A stretch of DNA of 64,000 bases from Desulfobacterales bacterium (lineage in GTDB: Bacteria > Desulfobacterota > Desulfobacteria > Desulfobacterales > UBA5616). The notes beneath the pieces were generated by a model that had not been told where the DNA came from, did not search any database, and saw only the letters and a program-made list of their open reading frames with translations. Position numbers and translations under genes: made by a program. This document shows positions 1-9,827 of this stretch, in pieces. The stretch lies in contig JAWODC010000067.1 in assembly GCA_046483495.1 (NCBI GenBank), forward strand, positions 32,001-96,000. The letters run 5' to 3'. Within the stretch, counting starts at the first letter, position 1; each line of letters starts with the position of its first letter.

Positions 1-894
1 GTTTCGTACATGCTTTTCGGTGCAGCGGGCTGTGGTGAACGCGTATTTACCACCTCCTCCAGTCCCGGCATCAGCCTGATGAGCGAGGGAATCAGTTATA
101 TTGCATGCGCCCAACTTCCCGTCGTATTTGTCAATATCGTCAGGGGCGGTCCCGGCCTGGGCGGCATTCTTCCCTCCCAGGGAGACTATTTCCAGGCGAC
201 CAAGGGCGGTGGACATGGTGATTACCGGCTGTTGGTCCTGGCGCCGGCCAGTGTTCAGGAGGCCGTAGAAATGGTTATGGAAGCCTTTCCGCTGGCCGAG
301 AAATATCGCAACCCGGTAATGGTGATCGGAGACGGGCTCATCGGCCAGATGATGGAGCCCGTGGAATTTCCCGAAGACCTGAAGACGAGTCCGAGCAAAA
401 AGGATGCATGGGCGACCAGCGGTATGGACACCCGTAAGAGCGGCACCCGGAATATCGTAAAATCCCTTCACCTGGATTCGAAAATATTAAACGAGCTGAA
501 CCTTACCCTGAGGGCCAAGTATCAACAAATGAAAAAAGAAGAAGTTCGATACGAGGCATATAATACGGAAGGCGATTATCAGGTGCTCATCGTGAGTTTC
601 GGGACCATGAGCAGAGTCTGCCGGACTGCTGTGGATAATCTGAAAGAAAGCGGCCTGGAAGTCGGCATGATTCGGCCGAAAACGCTTTTTCCGTTTCCGG
701 AAGAGGCGGTGCGGCGGGCTGCCGACAAGAAAAGCTGTAAGGTCGTTATCAGCATCGAATTGAATATGGGCCAGATGGTGGAGGATGTAGAACGCTCCGT
801 TCTCGGGAGCCGGCCTGTGGAGTGGTACGGCATGTGCGGCGGAGATATCCCGACACCTGAAGAGGTCATGGAAGCCGTCACCGCGTTGGTCTAG
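1..894 (+). CDS. 2-oxoacid:ferredoxin oxidoreductase alpha subunit (VorB/KorA-like), 5' truncated by window edge
   Basis: TTSSSPGISL and RGGPGLG..Q.D motifs; frame is open from base 1; followed by beta and gamma subunits. Confidence 0.9.
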   Translation, partial: VSYMLFGAAGCGERVFTTSSSPGISLMSEGISYIACAQLPVVFVNIVRGGPGLGGILPSQGDYFQATKGGGHGDYRLLVLAPASVQEAVEMVMEAFPLAEKYRNPVMVIGDGLIGQMMEPVEFPEDLKTSPSKKDAWATSGMDTRKSGTRNIVKSLHLDSKILNELNLTLRAKYQQMKKEEVRYEAYNTEGDYQVLIVSFGTMSRVCRTAVDNLKESGLEVGMIRPKTLFPFPEEAVRRAADKKSCKVVISIELNMGQMVEDVERSVLGSRPVEWYGMCGGDIPTPEEVMEAVTALV

Positions 895-1004
895 CTTAAC
901 CGTTCAGGGACAACATAAAAACGCAATGACAAATGCTTTTCGAAGCCGAAGATTCCTTAGGGCGGTATTTCCGGCCGCGGAGGGCATTTTAAGGAGCGAT
1001 AACA

Positions 1005-1742
1005 ATGCCGAAGACATTCAAAAGGCCCGAAGCCCTTTGCGATCAACCCACCCATTATTGTCCGGGATGTACCCATGGGGTCATTCATCGGTTGATCGCG
1101 GAGGTTGTCGATGAGCTTGGCATCAGGGGAAGGACCGTGGGCATCGCACCCGTGGGATGTGCCGTTTTGGCGTATAACTATTTTACCTTTGATTTTCAGG
1201 AAGCGGCACACGGACGCGCCCCGGCCATGGCAACCGGCATAAAACGAGTGCGGCCGGACCTTATGGTTTTCACGTACCAGGGAGACGGCGATCTGGCCAG
1301 CATCGGCATGGGGGAAATCGTCCATGCCGCCAACCGGGGTGAAAAATTCACCACTATTTTCGTCAACAATGCGGTATACGGAATGACCGGCGGCCAAATG
1401 GCCCCCACGACCATGCCCGACCAGAAAACCACCACCTCCCCCTTCGGTCGGAATGTGGCCGATGTGGGCATGCCTGTCAAGATGGCCGAGCTGCTGGCCG
1501 CCTTGCAGACGCCGGGGTTCATCAGCCGTCAGACGGTGATCAAACCCAAATACATTACCAGGGCCAAGAAATCGTTCAAGCAGGCTTTCGAATACCAGAT
1601 GGCGGGAAAATGCTTCAGCTTCGTTGAGGTGGTCAGTACCTGCCCCACCAATTGGGGGATGACGCCGGTCGATGCCGTCACCTGGACCGAGGAAACCCTG
1701 CTGCCGTATTACCGGCTGGGAGATGTAAAAACGCCGGAGTGA
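1005..1742 (+). CDS. 2-oxoacid:ferredoxin oxidoreductase beta subunit (TPP-binding)
   Basis: YCPGCTHG, HGRAPA, GDGD...NN TPP motif, YGMTGGQ; RBS AAGGAG. Confidence 0.92.
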   Translation: MPKTFKRPEALCDQPTHYCPGCTHGVIHRLIAEVVDELGIRGRTVGIAPVGCAVLAYNYFTFDFQEAAHGRAPAMATGIKRVRPDLMVFTYQGDGDLASIGMGEIVHAANRGEKFTTIFVNNAVYGMTGGQMAPTTMPDQKTTTSPFGRNVADVGMPVKMAELLAALQTPGFISRQTVIKPKYITRAKKSFKQAFEYQMAGKCFSFVEVVSTCPTNWGMTPVDAVTWTEETLLPYYRLGDVKTPE

Positions 1743-1771
1743 TTCGGTTAATTCCGATTAGAGGAGGATCA

Positions 1772-2308
1772 ATGCAAAATGACGTGATGTTCGCCGGATT
1801 CGGCGGCCAAGGGATATTGCTGATGGGAAGTATTCTGGCACATGCTGCCATGGATTTGGGCTATGAGGTGGCCTGGGTCCCCTCCTACGGCGCGGAAATG
1901 CGCGGGGGTACGGCAAACTGCACGGTCGTTATCGGCGACAGGCCGATCGGGTCTCCGATCATCAGAAATCCCCAGCACCTAGTCGCAATGAACCTGCCGT
2001 CTTTAGAGAAGTTTATCCCCAAGGTAAAGCCCCATGGGGTTGTACTTATCAACAGTTCACTGATTTCCATCGGGGCCGGTCGTGAGGATGTCGATGAACT
2101 CAAGGTTCCGGCAAATGATATCGCCGTAAAAATCGGAACGGTTAAAGCCGCCAATATCGTGGCTCTGGCTGCATTCGTCGAAAGAAGTAAAATCATCGAT
2201 ATGGATGTTTTCAAGGATTGTGTCCGGAGCCAATTCAAAAAGAATGAAAAACTCCTTGAATTGAACATCAAGGCCATGGAAGAGGGGATAAAGGCCGCAA
2301 TACAATAG
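1772..2308 (+). CDS. 2-oxoacid:ferredoxin oxidoreductase gamma subunit
   Basis: AGFGGQG and SYGAEMRGG motifs; start moved to ATG 1772 behind RBS GAGGAGG. Confidence 0.92.
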   Translation: MQNDVMFAGFGGQGILLMGSILAHAAMDLGYEVAWVPSYGAEMRGGTANCTVVIGDRPIGSPIIRNPQHLVAMNLPSLEKFIPKVKPHGVVLINSSLISIGAGREDVDELKVPANDIAVKIGTVKAANIVALAAFVERSKIIDMDVFKDCVRSQFKKNEKLLELNIKAMEEGIKAAIQ

Positions 2309-2351
2309 CCTTTTTCTTCCGCTCCTGAACATGACGCAAGTGGACGGATAA

Positions 2352-3464
2352 GTGAAAAACGATAAATCGACATTGCCGTTGGATGTTTCCGATTCCATTC
2401 GATCCATCAAACCCTATGTTCCCGGAAAGCCCCTCGAAGAACTCGAGCGGGAGTACGGGATAGCGGATTCCATTAAGCTGGCGTCCAACGAGAATCCGTT
2501 GGGACCTTCTCCCAAGGCTGTCGAAGCCGTCATGGGCGCCTTGTCCCGATTGAATCGTTACCCCGAGGGCAGCGCTCGCGAATTGATCCGAAAGCTCGCC
2601 GGAAAACACGGCATCGATCCCGGTAATATCATCGTGGGAAACGGGTCTGATGACATCATCGGAATGCTGGCCGTGACGTTTCTGGGACCCGGAACCGAGG
2701 TTATTCTGCCGCGCCCCTCTTTTCTGATGTATGAAATCGCGGCCCGGAGCGTGGATGCCGTGCCGGTCTTCGCGTCCTTGGATGCCGAGATGGGCATCGA
2801 TCTCGAAAAAATCGTAAGCTGCATTACATCCGCCACCCGCATGATTTTTTTGTGCAATCCGAACAATCCGACAGGCACCGTCATTACGGACACCCGAATG
2901 GAAGCGTTTTTTCGGGAAATCCCGACGCGTATCATTATTGTGGTGGATGAGGCCTATATTGAATTCGTACGTGATAAAGCCTGCACGAGCACCATCTGCC
3001 GCCTCGATGAATCGCGGCCTGTCGTTGCATTGAGAACCTTTTCGAAGGCATACGGTCTTGCAGGATTAAGGGCCGGGTACGGCGTCATGCCCCGGGAGAT
3101 CGCCGGGTTCTTAAACCGGGTACGACAGCCGTTCAACATGAATGCGTTGGCCCAGGCAGGTGCCGCAGCAGCCTTGGAAGATGCGGCGTTTTTTGAAAAA
3201 ACATTGAAAACAATCCATGACGGACTGGACGATCTCTACCGGAATCTGGAAAGGCTTGGGCTTCGGTATTTCCCCACGCAGGCCAATTTCTTCTTAATCG
3301 ATGTGGGAAGAAATGCGGATGAGGTTTTCGAGCGGCTGTTGAGAAAGGGAGTTATTGTCAGATCCATGACGGCCTATGGATTTCCCACCTGCATTCGGGT
3401 CAATGTAGGGCTTCCTCAAGAGAATAAACGGCTGATCCAAACCCTTGAAAACGTGCTTGCATGA
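2352..3464 (+). CDS. hisC: histidinol-phosphate aminotransferase
   Basis: KLASNENP, GNGSDD, NPNNPTG, DEAY, RTFSKAYGLAGLR. Confidence 0.93.
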   Translation: MKNDKSTLPLDVSDSIRSIKPYVPGKPLEELEREYGIADSIKLASNENPLGPSPKAVEAVMGALSRLNRYPEGSARELIRKLAGKHGIDPGNIIVGNGSDDIIGMLAVTFLGPGTEVILPRPSFLMYEIAARSVDAVPVFASLDAEMGIDLEKIVSCITSATRMIFLCNPNNPTGTVITDTRMEAFFREIPTRIIIVVDEAYIEFVRDKACTSTICRLDESRPVVALRTFSKAYGLAGLRAGYGVMPREIAGFLNRVRQPFNMNALAQAGAAAALEDAAFFEKTLKTIHDGLDDLYRNLERLGLRYFPTQANFFLIDVGRNADEVFERLLRKGVIVRSMTAYGFPTCIRVNVGLPQENKRLIQTLENVLA

Positions 3465-4165
3465 TCGACAAAAAGCTTGTCATTACCATTGACGGGCCCG
3501 CGGGCGCCGGTAAAACGACCGTCAGCAGAATTCTTGCAGAACGGTTGGAATACACGTATGTGGATACCGGCGCGCTATATCGTGGAATCGCGCTGAAGGC
3601 GGCTGAAAGAGACATCGATCCGGAAGATGATGACGCCCTTTTTGACCTGTGTGCCGACCTGAACATGGAATTGAAACGCGTTGGAAATGAAACCCGTCTG
3701 GTAGTGGACGGCCGTGATGTGACATCCGACATCAGGACGCCTCGGATTACCATGCTTGCATCCGCCGTTTCCGCCCGTGCGCCGGTCAGGCGGCACCTTT
3801 TGGAAATTCAGCGCGAAATGGGCAGAAAAAGGGAGGTGGTGTTTGAAGGTCGTGATATGGGCACCGTGGTCTTTCCGGAAGCAGATGCTAAATTTTATCT
3901 GGATGCTTCCCCCGGCGAAAGGGCCGCGCGACGCTACAACGACCTGCGCCATGATGCGTCTGTGACGCTGGAAACGGTGGAAAGGCAAATGGCGAAACGG
4001 GATAGAGATGACAGCACCCGAGTCATGGCTCCTTTGAAGCCTGCGGATGATGCCATGGTGATCGATTCTTCAGACAAGTCGATCGAAGAGGTGGTGAGCC
4101 TTATGCAGTCCCACATCATTCGACTGTTCGGCGCCAACGTATCGCCTCGAATCGATGGGGCATAG
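3461..4165 (+). CDS. cmk: cytidylate kinase
   Basis: IDGPAGAGKTT P-loop, DTGALYR, EGRDMGTVVFP; ATGA overlap with hisC; precedes rpsA. Confidence 0.95.
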   Translation: MIDKKLVITIDGPAGAGKTTVSRILAERLEYTYVDTGALYRGIALKAAERDIDPEDDDALFDLCADLNMELKRVGNETRLVVDGRDVTSDIRTPRITMLASAVSARAPVRRHLLEIQREMGRKREVVFEGRDMGTVVFPEADAKFYLDASPGERAARRYNDLRHDASVTLETVERQMAKRDRDDSTRVMAPLKPADDAMVIDSSDKSIEEVVSLMQSHIIRLFGANVSPRIDGA

Positions 4166-4181
4166 ATAAATTAAAAAAACG

Positions 4182-4210
4182 TTGTATTTTTTTATTCTAT
4201 TTGGTAAAAA
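4182..4210 (+). promoter_or_regulatory. putative sigma70 promoter for rpsA
   Basis: TTGTAT-17bp-TAAAAA with TG extension in an AT-rich spacer. Confidence 0.4.
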
Positions 4211-4270
4211 TTTCGGGATATGCCGATATCGATTATCGGCAAAAAAAAGGTTTAGGGGGTATTTTATTTA

Positions 4271-6112
4271 ATGGACATTTCAACAAACAACAATTCCAAC
4301 CGTGGTTCAGACCACAATCAACCGCTCGGAGAACCGGACCGGGCGCAATCACCTTCCGCCGCGCCAGGCGATTCACAACCGCAGACTCAGGCAGCTCAGG
4401 ATACCCAATCGGAAATCAAGGATGTATCAGGGGAAGAGGATATGGCATCCCTGATGGCCATGTATGAAGAAAGTTTCAAGCGATTTGCCGAAGGGGAGGT
4501 TGTCAACGGCAGGATCATTTCCGTTGACAAGGACCATGTGCTCGTGGATATCGGGTACAAATCCGAAGGGCAAATCAGGATTAATGAATTCAAGGATGAG
4601 AACGGCGCTGTTCATGCCGAGGTCGGGGACACCGTAGAGGTGATGGTGGAATGGTGGGATGACGAAAATGAAGTCGTGGTATTGTCCAAAGAAAAGGCTG
4701 AAAAGGTCAAGGTTTGGGATGATATCAAAAAATCCTATGAAAACGAGGAGCCCGTTGAAGGGATCATCGTCAATCGTGTAAAGGGCGGTTTTTCAGTGGA
4801 TATCGGCATTCAGGCATTTTTGCCCGGATCCCAGGCCGGTTTACGACCGATTCGGGATCTGGATGAAATGGTCGGAAAGACATTTTTGTTTAAAATCTTG
4901 AAGTACAACCGGAAAAGAAGCAACATCGTCCTATCCCGCCGGGTCATTCTCGAAGAGGAGCGTGAAGCCAAGCGTGCCGAAACGCTGGCGAATCTCCACG
5001 AAGGCGCCGTTGTGGAGGGGGTGGTGAAGAATATAACGGAGTACGGGGTCTTCGTCGATTTAGGGGGGGTTGACGGCCTCCTTCATATCACGGACATATC
5101 CTGGGGACGTGTTAAACATCCATCCGAAATATTTACGGTAGGTGATCACATCACGGTCAAAGTGCTTAGTTTCGATGAAGAAAAAGAGCGCGTTTCCCTC
5201 GGTATCAAACAGCTTACCGAAGATCCATGGGTTGCGGCGAGTGAAAAATACCCGGTCGGTTCCCGGGTCAACGGCGTCATTGTCAGCCTGACGGATTATG
5301 GTGCTTTTGTTGAACTGGAAGAGGGCATCGAAGGCTTGATTCATGTGTCTGAAATGTCGTGGACGCGAAAAATCAGGCATCCCTCCAAGATCGTATCGGT
5401 AGGGGAAGAGGTGGAAGCGGTGGTCCTGGATATCAAACCGGAGAGCCGTCGAATATCCCTGGGCATGAAACAGGTCAGGCCGAATCCATGGGATGTCATC
5501 AGTGAAAAATATCCGGTCGGAACAACCATTGAGGGAAAAATCAAGAACATTACCGACTTCGGTCTTTTTATCGGAATTGATGAAGGCATCGACGGATTGG
5601 TTCACATATCCGATATTTCGTGGACCAAACGGATTAAGCACCCCTCCGATGTGTACAAAAAGGGAGATGTCGTTCAGGCCATCGTTCTGGATATCGAAAA
5701 AGACCAGGAACGGTTTTCGCTGGGAATTAAGCAGCTGCAGCCGGATCCATGGAAAACCGTCGAGGATCGGTATGCGGTGGGAACCGAAATCACCGGAACC
5801 ATAACCAACATCACCGATTTCGGTATTTTCGTTGAATTGGAAGAGGGTATCGAGGGTCTGATCCATATTTCGGAAGTAAGCAAGGGAAAAGTCAAAAATC
5901 CTCTCGAAAGCTATAACGTCGGTGACGAAATCACCGCCGGCGTGATGAACATTAACAGCGAGGAAAGGCGGATCGGTCTTTCCGTCAAACGCTTGGAGAT
6001 TGAAAGCGAGCAGGAATTGCTCAGCGAATACATCAGCAATGCCGGCCCAAATACATCCACCTTGGGTGAATTGCTGCGCGAGAACCTTCAGGGCAAGCTG
6101 AAGGAAGATTGA
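4271..6112 (+). CDS. rpsA: 30S ribosomal protein S1
   Basis: six S1 repeats (DIGYKSEG, AFLPGS, DGLLHITDISW, EGLIHVSEMSW etc.). Confidence 0.97.
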   Translation: MDISTNNNSNRGSDHNQPLGEPDRAQSPSAAPGDSQPQTQAAQDTQSEIKDVSGEEDMASLMAMYEESFKRFAEGEVVNGRIISVDKDHVLVDIGYKSEGQIRINEFKDENGAVHAEVGDTVEVMVEWWDDENEVVVLSKEKAEKVKVWDDIKKSYENEEPVEGIIVNRVKGGFSVDIGIQAFLPGSQAGLRPIRDLDEMVGKTFLFKILKYNRKRSNIVLSRRVILEEEREAKRAETLANLHEGAVVEGVVKNITEYGVFVDLGGVDGLLHITDISWGRVKHPSEIFTVGDHITVKVLSFDEEKERVSLGIKQLTEDPWVAASEKYPVGSRVNGVIVSLTDYGAFVELEEGIEGLIHVSEMSWTRKIRHPSKIVSVGEEVEAVVLDIKPESRRISLGMKQVRPNPWDVISEKYPVGTTIEGKIKNITDFGLFIGIDEGIDGLVHISDISWTKRIKHPSDVYKKGDVVQAIVLDIEKDQERFSLGIKQLQPDPWKTVEDRYAVGTEITGTITNITDFGIFVELEEGIEGLIHISEVSKGKVKNPLESYNVGDEITAGVMNINSEERRIGLSVKRLEIESEQELLSEYISNAGPNTSTLGELLRENLQGKLKED

Positions 6113-6163
6113 TACCCATTGCCGGGCCGCTTTTCAGGCAAGGCATTCGAATTCGGCTTCATA

Positions 6164-6195
6164 CATTTATCCGGTGGGATTCCGCCGGATAAATG
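6164..6195. other. strong hairpin between rpsA and sppA (pause, processing or terminator-like)
   Basis: CATTTATCCGGTGG-GATT-CCGCCGGATAAATG, 14-bp stem with one G-U pair; no U-tract. Confidence 0.45.
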
Positions 6196-6271
6196 CATCG
6201 TTAAGTACGTACACTTTAGGGCGCGGTTCAGAAATGCAGGCGCAGCAGTTTAACCGAAGCTTGTAAACGCC

Positions 6272-7171
6272 ATGTTTAGTCGTAGACATCCCTATTTATT
6301 TTTTCTCCTGTGTGTCCTTTCATTGATCATGACGGGGATGGTGATCATTTCCCTCGTTATCGCCGCGGGCATCAGGCGCGCCGGAATGGCCGAATGGGTG
6401 GACGGCGGCGGACAGCGCGTCGGCATTATCGAAATCGAAGGGGTCATCACCGATGCGGGCGATATATTGGAGAACATCCAGCGCTTCAGAGATGATGATA
6501 CAATAAAAGCTATCGTGATGCGGATCGAATCCCCCGGGGGCGGTGTGGCGTCCTCCCAGGAAATTTATCGTGAAATCATAAAAACCGTGGAAAAAAAGAC
6601 GGTTGTCGCTTCATTGGGATCGGTGGCCGCATCCGGTGGATATTACGTGGCAGCCGGGGCCGATAAGATTATGGCCAATCCGGGAACGATCACGGGCAGC
6701 ATCGGCGTTATCATTGGTTATACGAATTTTGAGGCACTCCTGGATAAAATCGGATTGAGGCCGGTGGTGATCAAGAGCGGCAAGTACAAGGATATCGGTT
6801 CGCCGGTACGGGAAATGTCCGCCGAAGAAAAGGAAATCCTTCAACAATTCATCGACCAGGTACACCGGCAGTTCATCGATGCCGTCATCGAAGGGCGTGG
6901 ATTGGAGCGGACGGTTGTCGAGCCGTTGGCCGACGGCAGGATCATGACCGGTGAAACCGCCCGCAGGTTAGAGTTGATCGACCGACTTGGAAACTTCGAG
7001 GACGCCGTGGCGCTTGCGGGGGAACTCGCGGGCATCGAGGGCAGAATCACAAAAGTGTATCCTCCTGAAAAACGGCTTTCGTTCATGAAGTACCTTGCAG
7101 GTGAAAGTCTGAATCATTTGAAAGATAAAATGATCCATTCGGATTTTTCGGCGGGATATCTCATGAAATGA
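6272..7171 (+). CDS. sppA: signal peptide peptidase SppA (S49, short form)
   Basis: N-terminal TM helix, IESPGG, AASGGYY, TITGSIGV, KSGKYKD. Confidence 0.92.
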   Translation: MFSRRHPYLFFLLCVLSLIMTGMVIISLVIAAGIRRAGMAEWVDGGGQRVGIIEIEGVITDAGDILENIQRFRDDDTIKAIVMRIESPGGGVASSQEIYREIIKTVEKKTVVASLGSVAASGGYYVAAGADKIMANPGTITGSIGVIIGYTNFEALLDKIGLRPVVIKSGKYKDIGSPVREMSAEEKEILQQFIDQVHRQFIDAVIEGRGLERTVVEPLADGRIMTGETARRLELIDRLGNFEDAVALAGELAGIEGRITKVYPPEKRLSFMKYLAGESLNHLKDKMIHSDFSAGYLMK

Positions 7172-7189
7172 CCCGCATTGAAGCCCGCC

Positions 7190-7798
7190 TTACTCGAATT
7201 CACTCACGTCACCCAACCCCTCTCGGATTACCACGGGCGTGTCCTGTATGAGTGAAATGACGCTTGAAGGACGGCCGGGAACGGGCCCCCCGTCAATGAC
7301 CACGTCGATCTGATTTGCAACATGATCATGCAGCAAAGAAGGTTCGTTCAATATATCACCATTGGGCAGCTTGGCAGAGGTGGATATGATGGGGTTTCCC
7401 AATGCGACTACAAGCTCGATGCAAATCCTGTGATCCGGAACCCGGATGCCGGCTGTTTTTCGTTTGGTCAGCATGATTTTCGGCACCAGTTTCGATCCTT
7501 CGAGAATGAATGTATACGGTCCCGGTAGAAGCCGCTTCATGGTTTTATACGCATAATTGCTGACTTTGGCATAATCGCTGATATTCTTGAGATCGGAACA
7601 TATAAAGCTGAAAGGCTTGTTTTTGTTCCTCTGGCGAAGGAGATACACTTTTTCGATCGCCTTTTTGTTCATGATGTCGCAGCCGAAGCCATAATTGGTA
7701 TCGGTGGGGTAGGCGATCAGACCGCCTTCTTTGAGTATTTCAACAACGCGCTCGATATGACGCTGCTGCGGGTTGACGGGATTGATTTTAAGAAGCAT
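7190..7798 (-). CDS. Sua5/YrdC/YciO family protein (threonylcarbamoyl-AMP synthase-like)
   Basis: AYPTDT.YG, LPGPYTFIL, GIRVP, STSA motifs. Confidence 0.88.
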   Translation of the reverse strand: MLLKINPVNPQQRHIERVVEILKEGGLIAYPTDTNYGFGCDIMNKKAIEKVYLLRQRNKNKPFSFICSDLKNISDYAKVSNYAYKTMKRLLPGPYTFILEGSKLVPKIMLTKRKTAGIRVPDHRICIELVVALGNPIISTSAKLPNGDILNEPSLLHDHVANQIDVVIDGGPVPGRPSSVISLIQDTPVVIREGLGDVSEFE

Positions 7799-8003
7799 GG
7801 CCGTTTCTCGTTTTACATGAACTTTCGGCTTTCACATTGAAATGGCAGAGCGGTTCGGGCCATGAACTCCGAAAGACATAATGGTTGAATAAATAATAAA
7901 ATACTATACTTGGAAAAATCGCATGTTTTGGTTTCGATGTCAATAGCATCCGGCTGCCAAAATAATATTGTCAAAGATCCGACCTTTTGTTATCGAGTGT
8001 CTC

Positions 8004-8032
8004 ACCGCCCCGTGAAAGGCGGTTTTGTTTTT
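8004..8032 (+). terminator. intrinsic terminator-like hairpin upstream of the guaB promoter
   Basis: ACCGCC-8nt-GGCGGT followed by TTTGTTTTT. Confidence 0.5.
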
Positions 8033-8103
8033 CTTGAACGGGGGATGCAGCTTTTTTATAGGCTTTTGCCGACTCAATTCGTCACTGCCGGGCACTATGC
8101 CCA

Positions 8104-8132
8104 TTGTCATTTTAAGCCGGTTTGAGTATAAT
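8104..8132 (+). promoter_or_regulatory. sigma70 promoter for guaB(-dnaE-manC)
   Basis: TTGTCA-17bp-TATAAT. Confidence 0.7.
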
Positions 8133-8195
8133 CAATTATTTTAATTCGACCGGCTTCAATTGTGATATAAGACCCCTTTTTTCGGAGGAATATGA

Positions 8196-9659
8196 ATGAT
8201 TAATTTACCGCCCGAAGAAGCCTACTCATTTGATGATGTTTTATTGATTCCGAGTTATTCCGATGTATTGCCTAAAGATGTGGATACATCGACAAGCCTG
8301 ACAAGAAATTTGTCCTTAAGCATTCCCATCGTCAGTGCGGCAATGGATACCGTCACCGAATCGAGAACCGCCATTACCATGGCCCGTGAAGGGGGGATCG
8401 GCTTTATCCATCGCAACATGAACATCAAAAATCAGGTGATGGAGGTGGATAAGGTCAAAAAGTCCGAAAGCGGTATGATCGTGGACCCGGTGACGATTCA
8501 TCCCGAACAAAAAGTCCATGAGGTAATGGAATTAATGCAGAAATATCACATTTCAGGCGTGCCCGTGACCCAAGGCGAAAAGCTTGTGGGAATCGTGACG
8601 AACCGGGATTTGCGGTTCGAAACGGACATGGAAAAATCAGTGGCCGATGTCATGACAAAAGACAACCTGATCAAGGTCTCTGAAGGCATTTCCCTGGAAG
8701 AATCCAAGAAACTGCTTCACCGGCATCGCATCGAAAAGCTTCTCGTCGTAGACGGAAAAGATAAACTGATCGGCATGATCACCATCAAGGATATCGAAAA
8801 AATCAAAAAATTTCCCAGGGCATGCAAGGATGATCGCGGCAGGTTGCGTGTAGGCGGGGCTGTCGGCGTCGGTGAGGATATGGAAGAACGGACGGAACAG
8901 TTGCTGAATGCCGGTGCTGATGTCATTCTCATCGATACCTCTCATGGACATTCAAAAAACGTTATCGATGCAGTGAGGATTTTGAAGAAAAATTTTAAAA
9001 ACCTCGAGCTGATCGCCGGAAATGTAGGGACCGGCAAAGGGGCTGAAGACCTGATCAAGGCGGGCGTAGATGCCGTCAAAATAGGCATCGGTCCGGGATC
9101 CATCTGCACCACCCGTATCGTCGCCGGGGTGGGCGTTCCCCAGTTGACCGCAATCCTGAATTGCCGATCCGTATGCATCAAGTCCGATGTGCCGATGATC
9201 GCCGACGGGGGCATCAAGTTTTCCGGAGACCTTACCAAGGCGATCGGTGCCGGCGCGGATTCCGTGATGATCGGCGGGCTTTTCGCCGGAACCGATGAAA
9301 GCCCGGGAGAATCCATTTTTTACCAGGGCAGAAGCTACAAAGTTTATCGTGGAATGGGATCTCTGGAAGCCATGAAGCAGGGCAGCAAGGATCGCTACTA
9401 TCAAGTGGAAGTGGAAGAAGACAACAAGCTGGTTCCCGAGGGCATTGTGGGGCGTGTTCCCTACCGGGGCAGTCTTTCCGCAAATATTTTACAATTGATC
9501 GGAGGACTGAAAGCGGGTATGGGATACGTGGGATGCCGCACCCTGGCGGAGCTTCGGGAAAAAGCCAGGTTCATGAAAATAAGCGCTGCCGGTATGCGGG
9601 AAAGCCATGTACACGATGTGATTATCACCAAAGAAGCACCGAATTATCGACTGGATTAA
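8196..9659 (+). CDS. guaB: IMP dehydrogenase
   Basis: [12 protein letters not shown] pair, [11 protein letters not shown] catalytic Cys, ADGGI, YRGMGS, PEG, ESHVHD. Confidence 0.97.
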   Translation: MINLPPEEAYSFDDVLLIPSYSDVLPKDVDTSTSLTRNLSLSIPIVSAAMDTVTESRTAITMAREGGIGFIHRNMNIKNQVMEVDKVKKSESGMIVDPVTIHPEQKVHEVMELMQKYHISGVPVTQGEKLVGIVTNRDLRFETDMEKSVADVMTKDNLIKVSEGISLEESKKLLHRHRIEKLLVVDGKDKLIGMITIKDIEKIKKFPRACKDDRGRLRVGGAVGVGEDMEERTEQLLNAGADVILIDTSHGHSKNVIDAVRILKKNFKNLELIAGNVGTGKGAEDLIKAGVDAVKIGIGPGSICTTRIVAGVGVPQLTAILNCRSVCIKSDVPMIADGGIKFSGDLTKAIGAGADSVMIGGLFAGTDESPGESIFYQGRSYKVYRGMGSLEAMKQGSKDRYYQVEVEEDNKLVPEGIVGRVPYRGSLSANILQLIGGLKAGMGYVGCRTLAELREKARFMKISAAGMRESHVHDVIITKEAPNYRLD

Positions 9660-9827
9660 ACACGCATCATTTCCGGAGCGCGTGTTTTTCGGCCAAAATA
9701 TATATATCATTCCTCGATTCGCAGGAGGTCCTGCGGCCAAGCACATACGCAGGCGTTCCAGGCACAGCCGGTTATCGAAACCGGAGTGCCGCATCCGACT
9801 AACCTAAAGCTTAAAAACAAGTGAATC

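Noticed and set aside
4271..4440. Disordered ~55-aa N-terminal extension of RpsA
   Set aside because: Low-complexity extensions on S1 are not unusual and the true start is uncertain.
9660..9800. guaB-dnaE spacer containing CATTTCCGG, TCCTC and CCTGCGG fragments like the palindromic element
   Set aside because: Fragments are short, out of order and lack the apical stem; not distinguishable from chance.
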